Shown one piece after another: positions 50,011 through 60,000 of a stretch of 64,000 nucleotides of DNA. The position numbers and the translations under genes were made by a program. Location: contig CAWESA010000011.1 in assembly GCA_963811605.1 (NCBI GenBank), forward strand, positions 159,698-223,697, given 5' to 3'. Origin of the DNA: an uncultured delta proteobacterium (GTDB lineage Bacteria > Desulfobacterota > Binatia > DP-6). Every line of letters begins with the position of its first letter. Position 1 is the first letter of the stretch. The notes beneath the pieces are model-generated. The model was not told the DNA's origin. It saw only the letters and a program-made list of their open reading frames with translations, and did no database searches.

Positions 50011-50782
50011 GCCGTCGCGTGTCCTCCGTCGCCCCGGGACCCCCTCCACGCGCACGGTCGAGCAGCTCCTGCACGGCGCCCTGGACGACGCCGTGGAGGC
50101 GCAGCAGGCCCGGGCGGTCGTCGAGAGCGATGTCCCCGTCGCGACGGGGATCGATGGGCTCGCCGACGAGCTGCCGCATGCGGACGGGAAAGGGCGGCGA
50201 GAGCGGGTAGGGTCCGAGCGGACCGAGACCGAGCCACGGAAGCCAACTCCAGTCGCGCGGCAGCCCGAGCCGCCGCCCGAGCCGATCGGCGTCGTTGAGC
50301 CCGATGTACGCCCCGTCGGCGCCCGCCGCCGCCACCGGGACGATGGGCAGCCGGTGGCGCAGCGCGAGGCGGAGATAGCCGACGCGGCCTCCCCAGTCGA
50401 CGCGATAGCGGCTCCGGAGGCCGCGGCATCCCTCGCGCGCACCGCCGGGGGTCACCATGATGTGCTCGCCACGCGCCACGGCCCGGGCAACGTCGTCGTC
50501 GTCGCCGGTCAGGAAGCCGAGGCCGTCGACCAGCCATCGCAGCACCGGAAGCTGCTTCATCCCCCGATGCACGAAGCCGTGCGGCAGGTAGCCCAGCCGC
50601 TCGTAGAGGGCCACGGTGAGCATGCACATGTCGTACGCGAACGGACGCCCGTGGTAGCCGACGATCAGCGCCGCGCATGCACCGTCGAGGTGCGCGAGCC
50701 CTTCCACGGTGTAGCGGTGATAGCGCCGGAGCACTCGCCAGTACGCCAGCCAGAGACGCAGCGGGACCCGGCTCGCCGCCAT
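49997..50782 (-). CDS. lysophospholipid acyltransferase (PlsC/LPLAT family)
   Basis: Acyltransferase motifs VGYHGRPFAYDM (motif I-like) and HIMVTPGGAREG (motif III-like). The start overlaps the upstream gene's stop (ATGA at 50780-50784). The 3' end overlaps the SDR start by 14 nt. Confidence 0.7.
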   Translation of the reverse strand: MAASRVPLRLWLAYWRVLRRYHRYTVEGLAHLDGACAALIVGYHGRPFAYDMCMLTVALYERLGYLPHGFVHRGMKQLPVLRWLVDGLGFLTGDDDDVARAVARGEHIMVTPGGAREGCRGLRSRYRVDWGGRVGYLRLALRHRLPIVPVAAAGADGAYIGLNDADRLGRRLGLPRDWSWLPWLGLGPLGPYPLSPPFPVRMRQLVGEPIDPRRDGDIALDDRPGLLRLHGVVQGAVQELLDRARGGGPGATEDTRRHDAA

Positions 50783-51774
50783 CACGCCGCCCGGAGGAGC
50801 GTCGCCCCCGAGGAGAGGCCCGCACCCACGCCGACCATGAGGATGCGATCGCCGGCACGGACGCGCCCGGAGGACATCAGCCGGTCGAGGCTGATCGGGA
50901 TCGAGGCCGCACCCACGCTGCCGGTCTCGTGGACCACGGGGACGACCCGCTCCGCGGCGACGCCGAGCGTGCGCACGAACGCGTCCAGCATGACGCCGTT
51001 CGGCTGATGCGGCAGGACCCACTCGACGTCGGCGAGGCGCAGTCCCGCCTGCGCGAGCACCGTGTCGGTGCTGTCCCGCACGAGCTCGAGCGCGAGGTCG
51101 AGCATGCGCGCATTCGGCTTCGTGAAGCGAATCGTCTCGCGTGTCGCGGTGTGCCCTGGATGAGCGAGCGTCACCCCGCCGGCGTTTCCCGGCTCGTTCC
51201 GCAGGACGGAGCCGAGGATGCCCTCGCCGTCCCGACCTTCCGTCACGATGACGGCCGCGGCCCCGTCTCCGAAGACGAAGAACGGCCGCGGATCGTCGGG
51301 CGTGATGAATCGCGATCCGAGCTCCGCAACGACGATCGCGACGGCTTGCTGTCCCGTGGCCACCCCGCGCGCCGCGACGTCGAGGGCCGAGAGGAAGCCC
51401 AGGCAGGCGTTGTTCAGGTCGAAGCAGTCGCAGCCATGCGTGATCCCGAGCGCACCCATGACGTCGTTGGCCGTCGCGGGAATCAGCCGGTCGCCGCCGA
51501 GCGAGTCGACGAAGATGATGCGCGTCAACGCGTCGGCCGGCAGGCGGGCGGCGTCGAGCGCGATCCGCAGCGCGGCGGCGCCGAGCCCGGCTGCGGTGGT
51601 GCCGGGCGCGACGAAGTGCCGCACCGCGATGCCGGTGCGAGTCTCGATGCGCGCCGCGTCCCACGTTCCCGGCACCTGCGCGACCAGCTCTGCGGTCGTG
51701 ACGGACCGCTCGGGCATGACGCTGCCGGTTCCGGCGATGCGCACGCAGAGTCCCGTCTTTCTGCGGTCGGTCAC
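50782..51774 (-). CDS. 3-oxoacyl-ACP synthase III (FabH-like KAS III)
   Basis: 330 aa. MPERSVTTAELVAQ... Active-site Cys region DLNNACLGFLSAL. HQPNGVMLD and VHETGSVGAASIPISL (His/Asn triad region). Confidence 0.85.
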   Translation of the reverse strand: MTDRRKTGLCVRIAGTGSVMPERSVTTAELVAQVPGTWDAARIETRTGIAVRHFVAPGTTAAGLGAAALRIALDAARLPADALTRIIFVDSLGGDRLIPATANDVMGALGITHGCDCFDLNNACLGFLSALDVAARGVATGQQAVAIVVAELGSRFITPDDPRPFFVFGDGAAAVIVTEGRDGEGILGSVLRNEPGNAGGVTLAHPGHTATRETIRFTKPNARMLDLALELVRDSTDTVLAQAGLRLADVEWVLPHQPNGVMLDAFVRTLGVAAERVVPVVHETGSVGAASIPISLDRLMSSGRVRAGDRILMVGVGAGLSSGATLLRAA

Positions 51775-51892
51775 AGCGCGCTTGCTCTACCGCCCGGTAG
51801 ACAGCGGGGTCAACCTCCTGGACGAGCACCGTCTTGCCTTCCCCCCGTCGCACACGCTGGCGTATAAGCATCGCGCGACGAGCCCGACGCCG

Positions 51893-54715
51893 ATGAATCC
51901 GCTGCCGATCGATCCGTGGGATTTCGAGCTGCCCGAGTACCTTCGTCGGGTCGGCGTTGCCCCGAGCGATCTCCATCCGCACTACGCCACCCTCGACCCG
52001 CTGCGCGACTTCGGCGATCGATACTACCAGGACGATCGGCACATCACGGGGGCGGCGCTGCCGCTCCATCCGCTCCTCGGCACCGAGACGCAGCGGGCGG
52101 TCTACGCCGTCCTGTCGGGCATGCACGACTGGCCCTCGGGCACGCGGTTCACCGAGCTGGACACGAGCACGGACCCGGCGATCCACCTCCTCATCCGGGG
52201 TCGCGCCCGGCTCGTCGCCACGCTGTGCGCGACCGGGACGGTGCGCCGGTGGGTGGTCGCGCAGTACCGGACCGGGCAATGGATCGGCCTGCCCCGCCTG
52301 CTCCGCGAGTACGATCGCACCGCGCGCCCGTGCGCGGAGTGGCCCGACGGACGCGTCCGTCTCGAGGTGGAGGCGCTGGGTCCCGTGCGCACCCAGTGCC
52401 TGCGCCTCGACGATGCCCTCTCGCTCGTGCGCACCTCGTCGGACTTCCGTCGTTTCGTCGAGCACCACGTGGCGGTGCGCTTCGCCCGGCGGCGTGAGGT
52501 GCTCCGGCGTCTGGACGCGAATCCGCTCTTGCGCCTCTTGAACCCGGCCGACCGCGAGTATCTGCTCCAGCTCGGCGCCATCGTCGCGGTCGGGAACGAC
52601 GTCTCCGCGCCCTATCTTGCCTCCGGACCCCCCGCGCGCCGGGCCGCGCTCCTGCTCCGGGGAGAAGGCGGGCTGCTCGTGTCCGGCACGGGAGACGTGC
52701 GCCGCTACGGCGCCGCGCTCCGCCCCGGAGACCTCGTCGGTCACGAGGGTCTGGTGATGGACGCCGAGCTTCAGAGCCCGCCTGCGGACCGCTTCGACAT
52801 CGTCGAGCCGCCTCGCACGACCGAGGTACGGCTCGCGCCCGGGACACAGCTGCTGCAGTTCTACTGGTACGCGCTGCGCTGGGTGCTGGACGATCGAGCC
52901 TCGGTGTGGGAGCGGGTGAAGCGCATCATGTCGGGCGATCCCGCCGACATCACCGCGCCGATGCCGACCATCGTCAGCTTCCACGCTGGCCGCGCGGGAC
53001 TCGGCACCACCCTCCTGGCGTACGGCACCGGCGCCGAGCTCGCGCGCGCGGGGAGCCGGTCCGTCTCCGTGATCGACCTGCAGGGCCCGGAGAACTTCAC
53101 GGCGCGCTGGAAGGATCGCGGCTTCGCGGTGAAGGATGCCGCCATCCCCCTCCAGGTCGGCCCGCGCATGCTGCGCGCGGAAGGACGTCGCACCACGCTC
53201 GACTGCCATGTCCTGGTGCCGCCGTCGGACGCCGCGTGGCCAACGGGACTGGAGATCGCGTGGCCGGTGGCCACCGACCCGGACGCCGTCGAGGACCTCG
53301 TGGACGCCCTCGAGATGCGGGAGGACGTCAGCCACGTCGTCGTGGCGGGAAGCGGCGCCGAACCGCACGGCCTCATGAGCCAGGTGCTCGACCGGCTCCA
53401 TGGTCGCTGCAGCGCGGTGTTCTGGGTGTCCGACGACGGGGCCGCCGCCTACCCGCGGGCCGAGCCGGAGCACCTCACGTGGGTCTACCGCATGACGCCC
53501 GCGTACCGGGCCTCCGAGGCGCGCCAGGCGAGACGCGTCTGGTTCGACTGGCTCTTCGCCGGGGTGATCGACGCCACCTCGACCCCCGTGCACGATGCGA
53601 TCGAGAGCCTGCTCGGCTACAGCCCCGGCTCGGAGCTGGAGCGCGAGTCGGTCGAGGGGCCCCGGCGAACGGTCCGGGTCCCGGACGATCCGATCGGCGC
53701 CCGGATGTTCGATCAGGGTGGACTCGGGACGCTCGTGGGCCCGGATGCGCAGCGCCTCCCGCTGGGACGCGCCGTGGGGCGGCTGGCCCGCGTCGTCGAC
53801 CGACGGACGGTGGGCCTGGCGCTGGGCGGCGGAGGCGCATGGGGATTCTCCCACGTTGCCCTCCTCCGCAACCTGGAAGCGCAGGGCGTTCCGATCGACT
53901 ATATCGCGGGCACCTCGTTCGGTGCGGTGGTGGGCGGCCTCTACGCGGCCGGCGGCATGCCGGCCCTGGAGCGCCTCGTGGACGAGAACTCGGCGACGAG
54001 CCCGGGGATCGGCTCGTCGCTCCGCGCGATCGTCACGGGCAGCCTGAACCGGGCCCTGTTCATCGCTCCGCTCTCGTCGGCGGCGGTGGAGACCTTCGTG
54101 CACGGTGAGCTGCGCGCCGTCGGCGCCGGCGATCCGCCCTGCCTGGGCACGACGGAGATTCCCTTCTATCCCGTCGGCACCAACCTCGGCACGCATGAGC
54201 CCCTCGCCCTGCCGCACGCGACGGTGGGCTGGGGCGTGCGCATGTCGGGGAGTCTCCCGCCGATCTTCCCGACACTCCTGCGAGGCGACGACCGCGTCGC
54301 CGACGGCGCCTTCATCGCCAACGTGCCGTCGCGCGTTGTGCGCGAGATGGGAGCGCACTTCGTGATCGCGGCCAACGTCGTGCCGCCGCCGCCCACGTCC
54401 ACGCCGCCCAGCTTCGACCCGAGGAGCCTCGCGACCTGGCTGCCGCGCAGGCTCGTCGAGCGGCTCGAGGACTCGGTACGCGGCCTCTTCGTGCTCGCGT
54501 GGAAGGCGGGCCAGGACCAGGGCGCGCTGGCGGCCGACTACCGCCTCGATCTCCGTCCGACGGTGGCAAACCTGTTCGAGATGTGGCGCGGGCGCGACAT
54601 CGTGGAGGAGATCGAGGCCAAGCACTTCACGGGCGCGAACGAGCCGCGGATTCGCCACGCCTGGGACCGCTTCCGCGGAAACGGCGCGCGGCGAGCCCGC
54701 TGGACGGTCGACTGA
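51893..54715 (+). CDS. NTE-like phospholipase: cyclic-nucleotide-binding-like domains + patatin domain
   Basis: 941 aa. cNMP-binding-like segments (GAALRPGDLVGHEGLVMD and others). Patatin motifs LALGGGGAWGFSHVALLRNLEAQGVPIDYIAGTSFGAVVGGLYAAG (GGGxxG...GxSxG) and the catalytic Asp region DGAFIANVP. Confidence 0.8.
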   Translation: MNPLPIDPWDFELPEYLRRVGVAPSDLHPHYATLDPLRDFGDRYYQDDRHITGAALPLHPLLGTETQRAVYAVLSGMHDWPSGTRFTELDTSTDPAIHLLIRGRARLVATLCATGTVRRWVVAQYRTGQWIGLPRLLREYDRTARPCAEWPDGRVRLEVEALGPVRTQCLRLDDALSLVRTSSDFRRFVEHHVAVRFARRREVLRRLDANPLLRLLNPADREYLLQLGAIVAVGNDVSAPYLASGPPARRAALLLRGEGGLLVSGTGDVRRYGAALRPGDLVGHEGLVMDAELQSPPADRFDIVEPPRTTEVRLAPGTQLLQFYWYALRWVLDDRASVWERVKRIMSGDPADITAPMPTIVSFHAGRAGLGTTLLAYGTGAELARAGSRSVSVIDLQGPENFTARWKDRGFAVKDAAIPLQVGPRMLRAEGRRTTLDCHVLVPPSDAAWPTGLEIAWPVATDPDAVEDLVDALEMREDVSHVVVAGSGAEPHGLMSQVLDRLHGRCSAVFWVSDDGAAAYPRAEPEHLTWVYRMTPAYRASEARQARRVWFDWLFAGVIDATSTPVHDAIESLLGYSPGSELERESVEGPRRTVRVPDDPIGARMFDQGGLGTLVGPDAQRLPLGRAVGRLARVVDRRTVGLALGGGGAWGFSHVALLRNLEAQGVPIDYIAGTSFGAVVGGLYAAGGMPALERLVDENSATSPGIGSSLRAIVTGSLNRALFIAPLSSAAVETFVHGELRAVGAGDPPCLGTTEIPFYPVGTNLGTHEPLALPHATVGWGVRMSGSLPPIFPTLLRGDDRVADGAFIANVPSRVVREMGAHFVIAANVVPPPPTSTPPSFDPRSLATWLPRRLVERLEDSVRGLFVLAWKAGQDQGALAADYRLDLRPTVANLFEMWRGRDIVEEIEAKHFTGANEPRIRHAWDRFRGNGARRARWTVD

Positions 54716-55595
54716 CGTCGCACCGACGACGCGGGAGACGTGACGTCTCCCGCGAGATCGTGTCACGGAGCTCCGACAAGAGGCGCCGGTTGTCGAGGTG
54801 CCGCCACGGATGGAAATCCGGCCGATGATAGGCGGCGATGGCGCGCCATCCACCCCGCAGCACGCCGCCACGCCCGAAGACAAAGCGGAGGAGGCGTCGT
54901 CCCGCGTGGAGGTCCCGCGCCGCGCCCGCGCTGGCAAGGATGCGGTACGAGACCGACGGGACCGCGAGGGCGACGAGCACGACGGCGATCCACAGGCCGG
55001 CGATGCGAACGGCGTAGGTGTAGAGCCCGTGGCCGCGGACAGCGTGGAACGCGTCGAAGAGCACCGCCTTGTGCTCCACCTCCTCGTAGCCGTGCCACCG
55101 GAACAGGCGGGCGATGCGCGGGTCGACGTCGTCGAGCAGCTCGGACCGCGAGAGGATCACGTTGCCGAGCTCGCCGAGGAAGTGCTCTCCTGCGATGGCG
55201 ACGGCGCTCCTGAGATCGCTCGAGGTCCAGTCGACGATGGCGAGCCATCGCAGGACGGAATCGGCGGCGGCGTCGGTCGGCACGCCCCACCGCATGAGCA
55301 CCCGGTTGAACGCGGCGTGCATGTTGGCGTGCGCCGCCTCCTGGCGAAGGAAGGCATCGACCTCTGCGCGCGACCCCGCTTCGGCGATGCGCGGCAGGAG
55401 GCGACGGGCATCGTCGATGACGAAGACCTCCACCACCGGCGCGAGCACCGAGAGCGCCTCGAGAAACGCCGTGGGCCCGATGCCGGCCGGATGCCAGGCG
55501 CGCGGCACTTCGTGCTCGAGGCCATCGAAGTCGAAGCCGGGCCGCCTCGGCGTCACGGTGATGCCAAGCCTGCGGGTGGAGGTCGAATCCGACAT
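54627..55595 (-). CDS. predicted metal-dependent hydrolase (PF10118-like)
   Basis: FLRQEAAHANMHAAFN and WHGYEEVEHKAVLFDAFH match the E..H / EE.EHK signature. Start MSDSTST at 55595. The basic tail overlaps the convergent patatin gene by 89 nt, so the 3' end is uncertain. Confidence 0.6.
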   Translation of the reverse strand: MSDSTSTRRLGITVTPRRPGFDFDGLEHEVPRAWHPAGIGPTAFLEALSVLAPVVEVFVIDDARRLLPRIAEAGSRAEVDAFLRQEAAHANMHAAFNRVLMRWGVPTDAAADSVLRWLAIVDWTSSDLRSAVAIAGEHFLGELGNVILSRSELLDDVDPRIARLFRWHGYEEVEHKAVLFDAFHAVRGHGLYTYAVRIAGLWIAVVLVALAVPSVSYRILASAGAARDLHAGRRLLRFVFGRGGVLRGGWRAIAAYHRPDFHPWRHLDNRRLLSELRDTISRETSRLPRRRCDVSRPSSGLAARRFRGSGPRRGESAARSRP

Positions 55596-55693
55596 GGCTT
55601 CTTGATCCACCTTCTCCGAACCAGCGCGCGTCGGCAAGAGACGATGCACCCGACACGTTCACGCGCCAGGCGAATCGGCTCCCCGGTCGACCA

Positions 55694-56794
55694 TCATTCG
55701 GCGGGACGCCACACACCGATGCGGTCGTCGAAGACGGCGCCGAGATAGAACCGGCCGTCGAGCTCTGCCGCCGAGGCGACGGCTCCGACGAGCTGCCCGT
55801 CGTGCCGGAGCAGCACCGTCGTGTCGAGCGTCATCGGATCGATCTCGACGATCGACCACGCGCTGCGGCACGGACGAGCGACCAGGCACGCGAGGAGCCC
55901 GGCGTCCCCCGTGTGAACGCCCGCGAGGAGCGTCTTGCGGGAGCTCCAGGAGAGATTGTCCGGATGGCCGCCCGTGGGGGCGACGTCGGGCACGACTCCG
56001 GCGGGAAGACTTGCGAGTGGCAGGCGGGCGACCCGCCCCGCGCCTGTCTCGGCATAGAAGAGCGTCGTCCCGTCGGGCGACACGGCGACGCCGTTCGCAC
56101 CGGCGGCCGAGGTGCCGGGCACGTGGTGCCAGCCCTCGCCCGCGCGCCACACGATCACGTCGCCCGTCGGCCACCCGAGTCCGGAGCGCACCATGTGGTA
56201 GGCGCCTCGCAGCCCGCTCATGGTCGGCTGGAAATTCGACACGACGACGTCGCCGGCGAGCGTGAGCACGACGTCGTTACCCACTTCGTCGGGCGGCAGC
56301 GGGACGCAGCCACGCCAGGTGAGCCGGGCCAGGTTGCCGGTCCCCACCAGGTCGAAGAGCTCGACCGCCTCCCGCACTCCGTGGCCGACGGCAGCGATGT
56401 GCACGAGCCCGCGCACGGTGGTCTGCACCGACGCGATTCCATGCGGGGCGAAGCCGTCCGACGGCGGCGGAGCGGTGCAGGTGGGATCGCCAGCCGGTGG
56501 TCCCGCGCCCACGTCGCGCCCGGTGTCACCCGTCGGCCAGAGCGGGCGGGGCGTGGTGAGCGGCGGGACGAGCGTGACGAGTCGACCTCCGGCACCGTCG
56601 CGCCCACGCATCTCGCTCACGATGAGCAGCCCGGCCGCCGGCACCGCCTCGACGTCTTCGGGGTTGGTGAACCCGCAGATCGTCCCGAGGCTCCCGAGCG
56701 GAGGCACGGGCTCACACGCACCGCGGAGATGCGAGTCGCAACCGAGGGTGAGGACGACGAGCGGAAGAAGGGTTGGCCAGAGGCGACGCCGCAT
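55694..56794 (-). CDS. lipoprotein with an SGL/arylesterase-like beta-propeller
   Basis: Lipobox LVVLTLGCDS. Propeller-like repeats (PDGTTLFYAETGAGRV, GANGVAVSPDG). Confidence 0.55.
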   Translation of the reverse strand: MRRRLWPTLLPLVVLTLGCDSHLRGACEPVPPLGSLGTICGFTNPEDVEAVPAAGLLIVSEMRGRDGAGGRLVTLVPPLTTPRPLWPTGDTGRDVGAGPPAGDPTCTAPPPSDGFAPHGIASVQTTVRGLVHIAAVGHGVREAVELFDLVGTGNLARLTWRGCVPLPPDEVGNDVVLTLAGDVVVSNFQPTMSGLRGAYHMVRSGLGWPTGDVIVWRAGEGWHHVPGTSAAGANGVAVSPDGTTLFYAETGAGRVARLPLASLPAGVVPDVAPTGGHPDNLSWSSRKTLLAGVHTGDAGLLACLVARPCRSAWSIVEIDPMTLDTTVLLRHDGQLVGAVASAAELDGRFYLGAVFDDRIGVWRPAE

Positions 56795-57003
56795 CGTGTG
56801 CGCCGAACAGACTCCCGGGGGGCGGTGCGACGCAAGAGACAGGCCCCGGGGCGGTGACGCGGCGAGTCGGATGGCACCCCCGACGAAAGACAGCTCGACG
56901 GCACTTTTGGTTTCACGCCGCGTCGGCCCCGTGGTAGCCCCTCTCGTGCCGTCCGGATCTGCAGCTCCGCGCGGACACGAAGAGCGGCGGCTCGGGAGCG
57001 CTG

Positions 57004-60000
57004 ATGTCGAACAGCTGGAAGACGGTGATCGGCCTCTTGATCCTCTGTTCCGCGCCGCCGGCCGCGCGCGGCGCCGGGCCGCTCTGCCCCGCGGGCGAGA
57101 GCACCCTCGGCCCCGGAACGCTGCACGCCATCCGTCGTGGCGCCGGCGCGGGCAAGGTGACGAGCACGCACGCGACCTTCGTCCTCCCGACCGGCATCGC
57201 GATCGTTCCGGACGGCCAACCGCTCGTGTTCGCGATCGAGGCCGACCGTCACCCGATCGGGAAGGTCACGCTGGACGCCGGCGCCCTCGTCTCCTACCGG
57301 GGCGGGAAGCACTTCGCGTACCGCAACGGCGCGTCGAGACTGTCTCTCGGCCATGCGCGTGGCGGCTACCGGCTGGCGGCGACCTTCGACGACTTCGATC
57401 TGACGGCCCTCGATCTCGTCCACCCGCCGCGGTTCATGAAGCAGATCCTGAAGATCGGCGACGCCTGCTTCTCCTCCGTGCTGGCATGCACCGGCAAGCC
57501 GAAGGGGGTCGTGTGCAAGCCCGAGCGCACCGTGTTGCTGGCCGGGCGCGTCGAGCGATCGGGGCACGTGCCGCTGTCCGGGACGATGGTGACCCTGATC
57601 GACGACCAGCGCCTCGAAACCGTCTCGGTCTTCGCCAAGGAGGACGGGCGCTACGTGTTTCCGCGCCAGCGTCCCGGGACCTACAGGCTGCGGGCGCGGC
57701 TCATCGGCTACGAGGACGCGGTGCAGCCCGACGTGGTGGTGGCGAAGAACCGTGCGACGCGCGTCGCGTTCACGATGGTGCCGACCGCGAACACGAACGA
57801 CCAGCTCCCCGCGAGCGCCTGGTTCTCGCTCATCCTCGACAAGTGGCCGGATCCCAAGATCCGCGGAGACTTCACGCTCTCGTGCGGCAACTGCCATCAG
57901 ATCGCCAGCTACCGCTTCCGGCGCGCCAAGACCGAGGAGCAGTGGCGCAGCGTCCTGACGCGCATGATGACGAACCTGCCGCCATACTTCCAGGAGACGC
58001 GCGAGCTCCTGGTCAAGAACGTGATCGATACCTACGGACCGAACGCCACCTATCCTACCCTGCCGATCCCGCCGCCGCCGTCGGGCGACGTCCTGAACGC
58101 CGTCATCTACGAGTACATCCTCGGCACTCAGACCAGCAGCCCCGGCTGCCACGACCTCGAGCTCGGGGCCGACGACCGCGTGTACGCGGACGCCGGCTTG
58201 CGCTGGATCGATCCGCGCACGAGCGAGCGCGGCGTGTACCCGTTCGTCGGCGGCTCGCACTCCATCGAGCGGGGCCCGGACGGCAACATGTGGATCACGC
58301 AGGCGGGCAGTGACAGCCTCGCCGAGGTCTATGTCGACGGATCCGCTCCGCGCTACTTCTCGCTGCCGAGGATCGGAGACGACCAGGGTGCATATCCCCA
58401 CACGCTGCGCTTCAACTCCCAGCATCAGATATGGATGACCATGACGAAGTCGAACCACATCGCGCTGTTCGACCCGCCGACGGCGGCGTGGACCTACCAC
58501 CGCTTGCCGGAGGCGGACCCTGCCGAGGTGGGCCTATCCATCCCGGTCGCGTATGGCTGCGACACCGCACCCGACGACACCGTCTGGTGGTCGCAGCTCT
58601 TCGGCGACCGCATCGGACACTATGACCCTGCCACCGACACCCTGAAGGCCTGGCGGCCTCCCTTCTACGGGCCGCGGCGACTCGCCGCGGATCAGGACGG
58701 CATCGCCTGGGTTCCCGGCTACGGCTCCGGCGTGCTCGGCCGCTTCGACCCGACGACCGAGCGCTGGAAAGTCTACCCCATGCCCACCGGGATTCCCGGC
58801 CCGCCGGGCTTCGGAACCTCGGAGACGCCCTACAACCTGAACGCCAACCGGCAGACCGGCCAGGTGTGGATCAACGGCTCCAATTCCGACACCCTGATTC
58901 GCTACGACCCGCAGAGCGCGCGCTTCACGGCCTTTCCGCTCCCGACTCGCGCCAGCTTCACCCGCGAGATCGAGTTCGACGCGGACAACAACGTCTGGAC
59001 CTGTACCTCCAACGAGCCGCCGGGGCCGGACGAGCGCGGGCAAGGCAAATTCGTGAAGCTCGAGCTGCCGCCGCCGGGCGCCGAATGCGGCAACGGCCGG
59101 CTCGAGCTGGGCGAGGAATGCGACGACGGCAACGCGACCGACTGCGACGGGTGCAGCACGGACTGCCGCGCCGAGACCGGATGCGGCGACGGCGTGCGCT
59201 GCGGCGGCGAGCAGTGCGACGACGGCAACACCGACGACTGCGACGGGTGCTCGGCGACGTGTCATGGCGAGACCGGTCTTCTCTGCGGCGACGGGATCGT
59301 CAACACGGACTGCGGCGAGGAGTGCGAGCCGCCCGGGGCAGCGGGATGCAGCCTCCAGTGCGCGTACGTGGTCGGCTGCGGCAACGGCATCGTCGAGGCC
59401 GGCGAGGCGTGTGACGACGGGAACACCGACGAGTGCGACGGGTGCACGTCGAAGTGCACCGTCACCGCGGGCTGCGGCGACGGCGTCCGCTGCGGGTCCG
59501 AGGAGTGCGATGACGGCAACACGACGAGCTGCGACGGCTGCTCGAGCATGTGCGTCAAGGAGGAAGGGGCCATCTGCGGCGATGGCGTCGTGAACTCGAC
59601 CTGCGGCGAGGAGTGCGATCCGCCCCAGCCGGGAACGTGCGCATACAACTGCCGCACGGGCGCCGCGACGCCGCTCGGAACTCGCCACTTCTCGTTCGGC
59701 GGGGCTCTCTACTCCTCCGCACTGGGCACCGGTGTGCCGCTCGGGCTCCCCGCGGGTGCCCTCGACCTCGCGGCCGATGCTCCGGATGCCGCCGGGAGCG
59801 CGACCGTCAGCGTCGCCGGTCCGGTGTACTTCAGCATCCCGATCCTCGACGGCGCGTTCGGCTACTTCTGCGGCCGGATCTCGTCGTGCACCGGTCACGT
59901 CTACTGCAACGGCGGGCCGCCCGCCGACGTGCTCGTCGAGCAGGACAGCGCCGGGCCTGGCCGCCAGGGAAACCCCGTCATCACCACCACGGGTCTCGGC

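Noticed and set aside
49997-54937. 1646-aa minus-strand ORF
   Set aside because: Only its last 262 codons (the PlsC-like acyltransferase, 49997-50782) are real. The rest is out-of-frame over the FabH-like gene and antisense to the NTE-like patatin gene.
55570-55600. GGTCGAATCC resembling a tRNA T-loop
   Set aside because: It lacks the invariant T (GGTTCGAATCC), no acceptor or anticodon arms could be folded around it, and it lies inside the start of the metal-hydrolase coding sequence.
56617-58500. 627-aa minus-strand ORF
   Set aside because: Antisense to the well-supported 57004-60315 multidomain protein gene.
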